Source: Ignicoccus islandicus DSM 13165
GTDB taxonomy: Archaea; Thermoproteota; Thermoprotei_A; Sulfolobales; Ignicoccaceae
Direction: 5' to 3'
NCBI RefSeq assembly: GCF_001481685.1
Contig: NZ_CP006867.1
Span: forward strand, 390,001 to 422,000
Length of the DNA: 32,000 bases
Shown: positions 1 through 8,673 of the stretch, piece after piece
How the letters are laid out: each line of letters opens with the position of its first letter
How positions within the stretch are numbered: position 1 is the stretch's first letter
The notes under the pieces: model-generated
What the model was told of the DNA's origin: nothing
The model's database searches: none
What the model saw: only the letters and a program-made list of their open reading frames with translations
Made by a program: the position numbers and the translations under genes

Positions 1-1360
<1,360 letters not shown>

Positions 1361-1610
1361 GGGCCCCAACGGCCCGGAAGCTTGCGGTCCGGAACCGCTG
1401 GGGCACATGATCCCGCTTAACCCTTCCCGGCGCCCATTGTCCCGGTGGGGAGCTTCCGGCCCTAAGGCCGCATTGCTGCCCCCACCGGGGCGTCGCGCCC
1501 TTAAGCCGGGAGCTACCGCTCCCGGCCCGCATCTTTGAGCGCTCGCCTGTGAGCGTGCTTCTTCGCCGCGTGCCGGGTTTCTCCCCGGCGCCCCGCGGCG
1601 CTCTCCGTGT
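1361..1610 (-). other. GC-rich, hairpin-rich 5' leader (external transcribed spacer) of the 23S rRNA
   Basis: GC-rich sequence continues ~250 nt beyond the conserved 23S 5' strings. Perfect 10-bp inverted repeat cccggtgggg (1441-1450) / ccccaccggg (1480-1489), plus further GC hairpins at 1555-1600. No 16S 3'-end sequence is present. Confidence 0.55.
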
Positions 1611-1631
1611 TTTCCAGTAGGGGCGTGGGGG

Positions 1632-1639
1632 TTATAAAA
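1632..1639. promoter_or_regulatory. AT-only TATA-like element (ttataaaa) at the GC-rich/AT-rich boundary; candidate promoter for the 23S transcript and possibly for the divergent btpA-like gene
   Basis: It is the only AT-only octamer between the GC-rich leader and the ATG at 1658. It reads ttttataa on the minus strand, ~25-30 nt upstream of where the GC-rich leader begins. Confidence 0.4.
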
Positions 1640-1657
1640 TTAACTGATAAGTAGTTT

Positions 1658-2461
1658 ATGAACTATCTCTTTTATTTCCTTTCCAGTAAGTATAGTGTGG
1701 GCGCTTCCTTGGAAGTCATAGGCGTAGTCCACCTACCTCCCTTACCTTCTTCCCCCCAATGGAATGGAGACTTAGAGGAGGTGATTCGAAGGGCAGTTAG
1801 AGACGCAAAGGCGCTAGAGATAGGGGGCGTCGATAGTATCTTAGTAGAGAATTATGGTGACTATCCGTATAGAATAAGGGTTGACCCGTTAACAGTTGCT
1901 GCCGTTACGCGAGTTACAACGGAGGTACTCTATTCAGTCAACGTAAACGTTGGCGTGAGCTTGTTACGCAATTCCGCACCAGAAGCTATAGCTATAGCCT
2001 TAGTTACTGGTGCAAACTTCGTCAGATCCAATCAATGGTGCTGGACTTCGGATGCACCAGAGGGGCTCCTCCAACCAGTAGCTAGAGAAGGAATCGAGGT
2101 GATGCGTGTCTTTGGAAAGAAGGTTAGAGTAATAGCTGACGTAAGAGTAAAACACGCCTCGCCGATCTCTGGAAGAAGCGTTTGCGATGAGGCTAGGGAC
2201 TTAGGAGGTAGGTGTATGGCCGATGCGCTGGCCGTCTCTGGAAGCGCCACGGGCGAGGAAGCGGACCCCGAGGAAGCAAAGCTAGTTAAGAGGTGTTCCG
2301 GTAAACCCGTCTACGTAGCCTCCGGGGTAACCCCTTGGAACGTTGACAAATACGAAGAAGCAGACGGCGTAATAGTTGGAACTTACTTCAAAGAGGGAGG
2401 AGTTACAACTAATCCCGTTGACGTTGAAAGGGTTAGGAAGTTCGTTAATAGGGTCAGGTAA
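1658..2461 (+). CDS. BtpA/SgcQ-family TIM-barrel protein
   Basis: 267-aa ORF. Family-typical strings: VIGVVHLPPLP, ILVENYGDYPY, FVRSNQW, DVRVKHASP, VASGVT, DGVIVGTYFK. Confidence 0.75.
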   Translation: MNYLFYFLSSKYSVGASLEVIGVVHLPPLPSSPQWNGDLEEVIRRAVRDAKALEIGGVDSILVENYGDYPYRIRVDPLTVAAVTRVTTEVLYSVNVNVGVSLLRNSAPEAIAIALVTGANFVRSNQWCWTSDAPEGLLQPVAREGIEVMRVFGKKVRVIADVRVKHASPISGRSVCDEARDLGGRCMADALAVSGSATGEEADPEEAKLVKRCSGKPVYVASGVTPWNVDKYEEADGVIVGTYFKEGGVTTNPVDVERVRKFVNRVR

Positions 2462-2564
2462 GGGTGGGTTCCTCATTTCCCTTTCGGACCCTAAGGTCCT
2501 CGTCATCCCGGTCCATTCTTATAGTTCTCACCGAAACTAATTGAGCTACGGGTGTCCAAGCTAG

Positions 2565-3509
2565 TTGAAAATACTCACGCACTGGGACGCTGATGGAATA
2601 ATAAGTGCATCGAAGGTACTAGAGGTAATAGACGGAGAGGTTTATATTCCAAGAATAGGTACTTGGAGGTTCGAAGCAATACCTCGGGAAGCGTTGAAAG
2701 GTACCTTATACGTCTTAGATTATTCACTTCCAAGAGAGGATTGGGAGAAGGTATGTGAAATGATAGAGGACTTAGTGATCATAGACCATCACACCGGTAA
2801 CGAAGCGCCGTGCGGAAAGACGATAAATCCGGCTCTAAGGGGAATAGAAGTGCCTGCTTGCTCGTTAGTGGTTTCGAACTACTTCCGAATTCCCTACGAT
2901 TGGAGAGATGCTGTTGCGATAGCAGCCGATCTAGGCGATCCTGCCGGGAACCCGTTTTGGGTTAAAATAGTAAAGGAACAACGTCTCAATGAAGAGGATA
3001 TAATGGAAGCTGCCGCCTTGCTAAATTCGTGTTACAGGACGTTGGATTACGAGTGCATCAAGGAATACGCGTACAATCTTCGCCAAATGGAACTGGAAGA
3101 GGTGCTTAACGATAAAAGGTTGAGAGCGAATAGGGAGAGGGCTAGATCGAGGTTAGAAGAATACCTCAGAAAGGCTAACTGCGTTGGAAGGGTGTGTTTA
3201 ATTAGAGGAGACGAGGACGTCCACCTATTTGCCTCGGCCTTGTGGAAGAGGTTAAAGCGCAACGGAGTTTCAATTGTCATCACAATCAACGAGAAGATGA
3301 TGAGAATATATTGTAGGGGGGATGAGAGGGATTACGAGGAGGCTATTCGAAGAGCTAAGCAAATAGGTCTCAAGGAGGTAGGTGGGAAGAAAGAAGTCTG
3401 TTCAGCCCACGTAACTCGCGAAGAGTTACCGAGAGTTATTCGTGTGTTAAGAGAGATGAAGCTGTTAGACGAGTTCGAATTTCTTGAGTCTTCCGTAATT
3501 GAACATTAA
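2565..3509 (+). CDS. DHH-family phosphoesterase (DHH/DHHA1-like)
   Basis: 314-aa ORF with TTG start preceded by GGTG. Motifs: HWDADGIISAS (DxD motif), IIDHH (DHH motif) and a GGKKEVCSAH C-terminal DHHA1-like stretch. Confidence 0.6.
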   Translation: MKILTHWDADGIISASKVLEVIDGEVYIPRIGTWRFEAIPREALKGTLYVLDYSLPREDWEKVCEMIEDLVIIDHHTGNEAPCGKTINPALRGIEVPACSLVVSNYFRIPYDWRDAVAIAADLGDPAGNPFWVKIVKEQRLNEEDIMEAAALLNSCYRTLDYECIKEYAYNLRQMELEEVLNDKRLRANRERARSRLEEYLRKANCVGRVCLIRGDEDVHLFASALWKRLKRNGVSIVITINEKMMRIYCRGDERDYEEAIRRAKQIGLKEVGGKKEVCSAHVTREELPRVIRVLREMKLLDEFEFLESSVIEH

Positions 3510-3740
3510 GGTGTAGCCGCAGTTCTTACATCTGAGCTTAACCACTTGGTTCTTGGTGACTTTCGCGAACCTCTTCTGCTCTGGCTTTCTCTGAGAACCG
3601 TAACCCTCTTGCTTCCTCCTGTATCTCCTCTCACCTTGGGCTAGTGCCCTCCTCTTTCCGTGCTTGTAAACGGTTACGCTATGAGGAGTGTGAGTTTTAC
3701 ACCTAGGGCAATACCTATTTATCTCCTTAGGTACCTTCAT
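3465..3740 (-). CDS. rpl44e: 50S ribosomal protein L44e (eL42)
   Basis: 91-aa basic ORF with the typical MKxPKxxxxYCPxCxxHTxH...KxxLxxxCxxC four-Cys zinc ribbon. GGAGGGG lies 9 nt upstream of the ATG. Confidence 0.9.
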   Translation of the reverse strand: MKVPKEINRYCPRCKTHTPHSVTVYKHGKRRALAQGERRYRRKQEGYGSQRKPEQKRFAKVTKNQVVKLRCKNCGYTLMFNYGRLKKFELV

Positions 3741-3896
3741 TCCTTTAACCCCTCCGTGCTTCGGGGGAGGATTAAATAACGGTTTAGCTCTTGCTTCAGA
3801 ATTTAGTTAAAGTAAGAGAATTACCGAGTCAAATGTGATCGAACGAGGTAAATCGGTTCAACCTCTTTATTATAAATCTTGAGTAGGAGACTACCG

Positions 3897-4019
3897 CTAC
3901 TTCCTCTTCCTTATGTCCAATCTGAAACTCTTCTTACCTCCGCTCCGTCCTTCGACTATTAGCCTCATTGCCGTACTGAACGGCTTATTCTTGAAGAAGA
4001 CGCTGTTCAGCGTGAACAT
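3897..4019 (-). CDS. Candidate 40-codon basic small ORF (MFTLNSVFFKNKPFSTAMRLIVEGRSGGKKSFRLDIRKRK), function unknown
   Basis: ATG preceded by AAGGAGGT (rc of 4025-4032) with 5-nt spacing. Below the ORF-track size cut-off. No family recognised. Confidence 0.3.
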   Translation of the reverse strand: MFTLNSVFFKNKPFSTAMRLIVEGRSGGKKSFRLDIRKRK

Positions 4020-4053
4020 GTAGAACCTCCTTGGGTCATATACTTTCACCAGT

Positions 4054-4596
4054 GTGAACGCAACGGGGAAACTCGGAACGCATAAGGCCGACGAGCTACT
4101 TGAATTGTTTAGAGAGGAGTACGACAGACCCCTAAGACCCCTCTTCTACCATCACGCCAGGGTAATAGAGACCGTGCACATGTTCGAATTATTAAAGGAG
4201 TTAATGGATAACCCCGAGCTTTACGAGGGCGAATACCTAGCTGAACCAGACGGCATGAGATTAGAGAGGGGCGTAGGTGGTCTAGAGGCTCCCAGGGGAG
4301 TCCTTTTCCATGACGTAAGGGCTGTAGAGGACAACGGTACCGTCAGGGTGGCTAAGTTCAACATAATAACTCCAACGGCCCTCAACGCAGCCGCTATGGA
4401 AGCTGACTTAAGAGCTTACCTGATTGGTAAAAACGTAAAGGCACTTGGCGATCAAGGCTTGTACGCGGCCGTTAGCTCGATAATTAGGTCCTATGATCCT
4501 TGCATGGCGTGTGCGACTCACAGCGTTAACAGGATAGGAGGCTTCAAGATAGCAATAGTGAAGAACGGTAAAGAAGTAAAGACTATAAGTTTGTGA
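4054..4596 (+). pseudogene. C-terminal ~180-codon remnant of a [NiFe]-hydrogenase large subunit (group 3/Mvh-like); the N-terminal half is missing
   Basis: Contains EAPRGVLFHDV and the C-terminal Ni-binding motif DPCMACATH, followed by a ~24-aa maturation-protease tail. An in-frame TAG lies at 4021-4023. No hydrogenase-like reading in any + frame of 3741-4053, so the N-terminal RxCGxC half is absent. Confidence 0.7.
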
Positions 4597-4606
4597 GGTG
4601 CGAAGA

Positions 4607-4855
4607 ATGGTTAAGATAGAGATAGCTCCTTGGTGTAAGGGTTGCCCCGTATGCTATAACGTATGTCCCGCACCAGTCAACGTATTCGAGTTAGTAGACG
4701 GAGTACCTAAAGTAGCCAGACCGGAATACTGCTTCGCTTGCGGACTCTGTGCAGAGCTCTGCCCAGCTAAGGCCATAATACTCGAAGACTACGAGAAACC
4801 GTATCACTTACCTTTCGGTGAGAGGGTCAAGAGCTTAGTTAAGAAGATGATTTGA
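4607..4855 (+). CDS. 2x[4Fe-4S] ferredoxin-domain protein
   Basis: Two CxxCxxCxxxCP motifs (CKGCPVCYNVCP, CFACGLCAELCP). GAGGTG at 4595-4600 lies 6 nt upstream of ATG 4607. The ORF track starts at GTG 4598. Confidence 0.8.
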   Translation: MVKIEIAPWCKGCPVCYNVCPAPVNVFELVDGVPKVARPEYCFACGLCAELCPAKAIILEDYEKPYHLPFGERVKSLVKKMI

Positions 4856-7424
4856 TTTTCTCTACTTTAGGTTCTAGGGGGTTCACCGTCTCGTCTACCT
4901 CCACTTCTATCTCCTCTATTCCAAGCCTCCTCTTCAACTCCTCGGACAGTTCCTTTACCATTTTCTCCTCGTCAATATATCTAATTATTTCCCTAGCTTC
5001 TGAACTGAGCTTATGAGCTTGCATAACTATCTCTTTGGGTAAGCTTTCCAAGTCTTCCCACGCTCCCTCGTCAATCGCCTCTATGGCATCTAGAAGCGCG
5101 ATGAGTTTGTCGTGCGGTGCTACCTTGATCTTTACCTTTCCTCCCCTCGCGTCTTCCAATCTATCAAGTAGCAGATCGTAGTACCATTCCTTCGCCTCTA
5201 CGCTATAGTTTCTCTCTCCTTCTACAGGCTTCATAGAACCTATCTCCTCTGCTAGGGATGGAAGCACCGGGTACAATATCGAACTCCATGCATCAACGAA
5301 CTTCTTGGCCTCTTCCGAAGGCATTAAGCCCTTATCCTTGAGACGTTCTAGGTAACGTTCCAATACCCTCTTGGCCTTGGAGGTAGCCAATATACTGGCC
5401 TCCCTAACCATATTCTTATCTAAGAGTTCCTTGAACTCGTCTTGTAGCTTTACTGCTTGACTTACTAACCAGACGTCTATCTCGTCTAAGTTCTTTCTAG
5501 CTACTTGAATCTTACTCGCCAGGGCCCTTATTTCGTTAATGAGATTAGTTACGGTCTTTACCTCTTGTTCGAGATCTGTGCTCTTAAATGGATTCTCCGG
5601 CTTAGTCTTGGTGAGCAACAGTAACCTGAAAGCTAGTCCCTCTAGCTTCCATAAATCTACTTGATTTACTTGAGCCTCACCGGTAACGAAAACCTCTCGG
5701 GGTACTTGGGTTGGCGGTAATATTGCTGCGTGATGGAAGAACATATAGGTTACGTGACTCCTAAGCAGCCCTTCGTAAACTATCCTCAAGTCTAAGGGCA
5801 TCCAACTTATTAGCTTCTTCCTAAGTTCCTTTAACTCATTATTCGATGGAGAGCCTATGCCTAGTATTAGGTAGTCCCAATCGCTCTCTGATAGTTCCTT
5901 GTTCTTCAAATATGGAGCAAGGGGATAGAAGAGATAGTACAGAGTTGAGTCCGTTAAGCTATCCACGATCTTTCCGTCCCATTCGGTCCCCATACCTTTA
6001 GAGGTGGTGAACGCCCTCTTCCTCATACCCTTAACGCTTTCTATTACTACTCTCTTGGCGTCCCTAGGCCAGAACTCGCTCATGCCAAGGGCTTCTAGGG
6101 TCTCTTCCTTCCATTTCGGATTATCGTAGTCTAGGAACCACTGGTCCCTCAGTACTTTCACAACCACTTCGTTTCCAAACCTAGAGTAGATCGGTCCGTT
6201 CAGAACGTCATACATAGTTATGGCTAATCCGGCATTAGTTGCCGCATTCCTTATAACTTCTTGGACCTGATCTAGAGGCTTGTCACAGATAACAGTTTCT
6301 ATAAGTCCCCTAAGGAAGCCATCGACCTTTAGGGAGTCAACGACTGTTTCGCATACAATTTTGCCCTTGCTTCTTTCAATTGATATTAACTTCCTCTCTG
6401 CCTCCTCTGGGTCGTACTTCCTCAATAATTTTTCTATTAAGTTCTCCTCGCCCTCTACCTCAACGACCTTCCTCCCTTGTAGCTTCTTTGGTTCTAAGCC
6501 GAAGCTTTCTAGTATTATAGGATTTGATAGGAGGTCCTTGACCATTAAATAGCTGGAAACGTTGTGTTTGGGAACTGATGCGACTACCCCGGAACCTCTG
6601 TTGGGATCTACGTGAGTTGAAGGTAAAATCGGAATTTCCTCATGAGTGATTGGATTTCTTACGTATTCGCCTACCCATTCCTCCGGGTTTACAGGGCCTA
6701 GTTCTACTACTCCTTCGAATTGATGCCTAAGCTTGAAGGCGGCCTTTTCACTGACGATGAACTTCTTACCGTTGAAATCTACTTCCACGTATCTCGCTCT
6801 TGGGTGTATCCATAGGTTGGTTACCCCGAAGACGAGTTCGGGTCTCAGAGCCGCTGGGAAGTATAAATTAGGATCTGCTTCGAATAATAGAAGGAAATAG
6901 GAACCTATCTTAGGTATAACGAAACCCTTAGTATCGTGATGACTGACTGGTATTTCCTCGACGGGGTCCCATGGAACGGGATACTCACCTTTTATTATGT
7001 ACTCCTTGTCCAGTAGTTTACTTAAGATCCATTTCACGAAAGACTTATAACCTGGATCCTCGGTCGTAAACGAATATTCCCAATTAGGTGAAACTTGTAA
7101 GGATTCGAGTAGTTGCTTTATTTTTATCGCCATCAGATCTGCGAGCTTCTTGGGGGAGTCTACTTCAGACGGATCTATTCCGAGCGACCTTAACTTCGAG
7201 AGGGCCTCCTCATCGCCTTTCAGAACGCTTTCATAGAAGGATACGATCGGGGTACCACTGTAGTGGAAGCCCATGGGAAATAGTACTTCCTCGCCCATTA
7301 AATCGTGGTACCTTGCATATAGATCGGCCACGACGTAGGCCCTGAGCCTAGTAACCATTTCATTAACGTCAAACGGTAAGGCATAAGGAAACGCTGCCGT
7401 AACGAAGAACTTCCTACGGTTCAT
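4839..7424 (-). CDS. Leucyl-tRNA synthetase paralogue lacking the HIGH and KMSKS signatures (probably non-aminoacylating)
   Basis: The ~861-866-aa ORF is collinear with archaeal LeuRS: FFVTAAFPY..., VLFPMGFHYSGTPIV, GSGVVASVPKH in the CP1 region, GMGTEWD..DSLTDSTLYY, PLDLRIVYEGLLRSHVTYMFFHH. The HIGH position reads DVNEM and the KMSKS loop is absent. The likely start is ATG 7424; the ORF track uses TTG 7439. Confidence 0.75.
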   Translation of the reverse strand: MNRRKFFVTAAFPYALPFDVNEMVTRLRAYVVADLYARYHDLMGEEVLFPMGFHYSGTPIVSFYESVLKGDEEALSKLRSLGIDPSEVDSPKKLADLMAIKIKQLLESLQVSPNWEYSFTTEDPGYKSFVKWILSKLLDKEYIIKGEYPVPWDPVEEIPVSHHDTKGFVIPKIGSYFLLLFEADPNLYFPAALRPELVFGVTNLWIHPRARYVEVDFNGKKFIVSEKAAFKLRHQFEGVVELGPVNPEEWVGEYVRNPITHEEIPILPSTHVDPNRGSGVVASVPKHNVSSYLMVKDLLSNPIILESFGLEPKKLQGRKVVEVEGEENLIEKLLRKYDPEEAERKLISIERSKGKIVCETVVDSLKVDGFLRGLIETVICDKPLDQVQEVIRNAATNAGLAITMYDVLNGPIYSRFGNEVVVKVLRDQWFLDYDNPKWKEETLEALGMSEFWPRDAKRVVIESVKGMRKRAFTTSKGMGTEWDGKIVDSLTDSTLYYLFYPLAPYLKNKELSESDWDYLILGIGSPSNNELKELRKKLISWMPLDLRIVYEGLLRSHVTYMFFHHAAILPPTQVPREVFVTGEAQVNQVDLWKLEGLAFRLLLLTKTKPENPFKSTDLEQEVKTVTNLINEIRALASKIQVARKNLDEIDVWLVSQAVKLQDEFKELLDKNMVREASILATSKAKRVLERYLERLKDKGLMPSEEAKKFVDAWSSILYPVLPSLAEEIGSMKPVEGERNYSVEAKEWYYDLLLDRLEDARGGKVKIKVAPHDKLIALLDAIEAIDEGAWEDLESLPKEIVMQAHKLSSEAREIIRYIDEEKMVKELSEELKRRLGIEEIEVEVDETVNPLEPKVEKIKSSS

Positions 7425-7473
7425 GAAATTGTGCCCCAATGATTGGGGGCGTTGAGAAGGTTTTAACGTGCAC

Positions 7474-7995
7474 TCACTCCTCCGTCGCGATCTCTACGCA
7501 TCTCTTCCATCGCTCCTCGTCAATAACTTTCTTTTTAAATAGGTAGTCGCAATAGCAAGTGTTCTTAGGAATGTACCTTCCATCCGAAGTTATCCATTTC
7601 AATAACTCTATATAAGACCTCTTCATGCATTCTATTAGTTCGTTATCGAAACCACTTTCCTTAAAGAGCTTCAAGGGACTTACGTGAATATGCATTGCGC
7701 CCGTAAGTAATTTTCTCTCAATAAGTGTAGCCCTATTCCAATAGGGCGAGAGTTCAATGCTAGTTTTGGTGACCCCCCTCTTAAAATCGTAATAGCCTAA
7801 GAGCGTTGCAACAGGTAAGTAAATAGCAACGAAGACCGCAACGAAATGTCCTAAGCTTACGTAATTATGTAGAGGCGTCAAGAACCAAATTAGGTTGGAC
7901 GTATTGAAGATGGATATAAACAAACCTAAGTAGTTCGAAATGCCGACCCTTAAGTATACGTATAACCTAAGCAGCTTCGAAAGCACTCTCGTCAC
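7474..7995 (-). CDS. Hypothetical membrane protein (2 N-terminal TM helices plus a Cys-containing soluble tail); paralogue of the upstream gene
   Basis: 173-aa ORF. Its GTG start overlaps the upstream stop (GTGA). The shared motif GISNYLGLFISIFN matches GHVNYLGFILSIIN in 7992..8600. Confidence 0.6.
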   Translation of the reverse strand: MTRVLSKLLRLYVYLRVGISNYLGLFISIFNTSNLIWFLTPLHNYVSLGHFVAVFVAIYLPVATLLGYYDFKRGVTKTSIELSPYWNRATLIERKLLTGAMHIHVSPLKLFKESGFDNELIECMKRSYIELLKWITSDGRYIPKNTCYCDYLFKKKVIDEERWKRCVEIATEE

Positions 7996-8600
7996 CTGTA
8001 CATTCTCTCATAATTTATTCTCTCGAGTTCCTTCACCAAATCGTCGCTCAAGTCTATATCATCTAAATGCTTAACGAGGACCTTTAGACACTCTCCATTA
8101 AATGTAGGAACGTGTACTTGGACATCTCTTGAAGTATAGCACCAATCGATAGTTTTGGAAGCTATTTCCCTAAGGCAATTGATCGCCTTCTCTCTAATCT
8201 CTGGATCACTTGTTTTATTAGCTGCGTAATTATATTGAAGCGCTACTGCGGGTAAGGAATTGTACCTATAAACCATGTTAGCAAGTATTTTCCATGAAGG
8301 TCTCCTCCAGTAAATTACCTCTTCGTCGCTCTTCCTGCTCGAGAGCGCGTGAATGTCTATCCATCCTAGGGCAGTGCTAGCTGCTAGCAAGGTTGCCGCC
8401 GATGCAATAATTACTATCCACTTCTCGATTGGACTTAATTTGAGTCTCTCTAAAACTATTCCATAGAGTATTGTAACGAAATTTATAATAGAGAGAATGA
8501 AACCCAGGTAGTTTACGTGACCCTTCGAGACGTACGCCGGAAGCTTCGCTACTGGAGAATTATATAGTTTGGAAGCGATTTTCACTAGGACCTCTCTCAA
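7992..8600 (-). CDS. Hypothetical membrane protein (2 TM plus soluble tail); paralogue of 7474..7995
   Basis: 202-aa ORF with a TTG start at 8600. An alternative GTG at 8585 follows GAGAGGT. A TATA-like tttaaat lies in the 73-bp spacer upstream. Confidence 0.6.
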   Translation of the reverse strand: MREVLVKIASKLYNSPVAKLPAYVSKGHVNYLGFILSIINFVTILYGIVLERLKLSPIEKWIVIIASAATLLAASTALGWIDIHALSSRKSDEEVIYWRRPSWKILANMVYRYNSLPAVALQYNYAANKTSDPEIREKAINCLREIASKTIDWCYTSRDVQVHVPTFNGECLKVLVKHLDDIDLSDDLVKELERINYERMYR

Positions 8601-8673
8601 TCTTCATCCCTTTCTCAATAATCCCCTAACTCACCCTATTGAAGAACTATATCTGATTTAAAGGATCTAAAAG

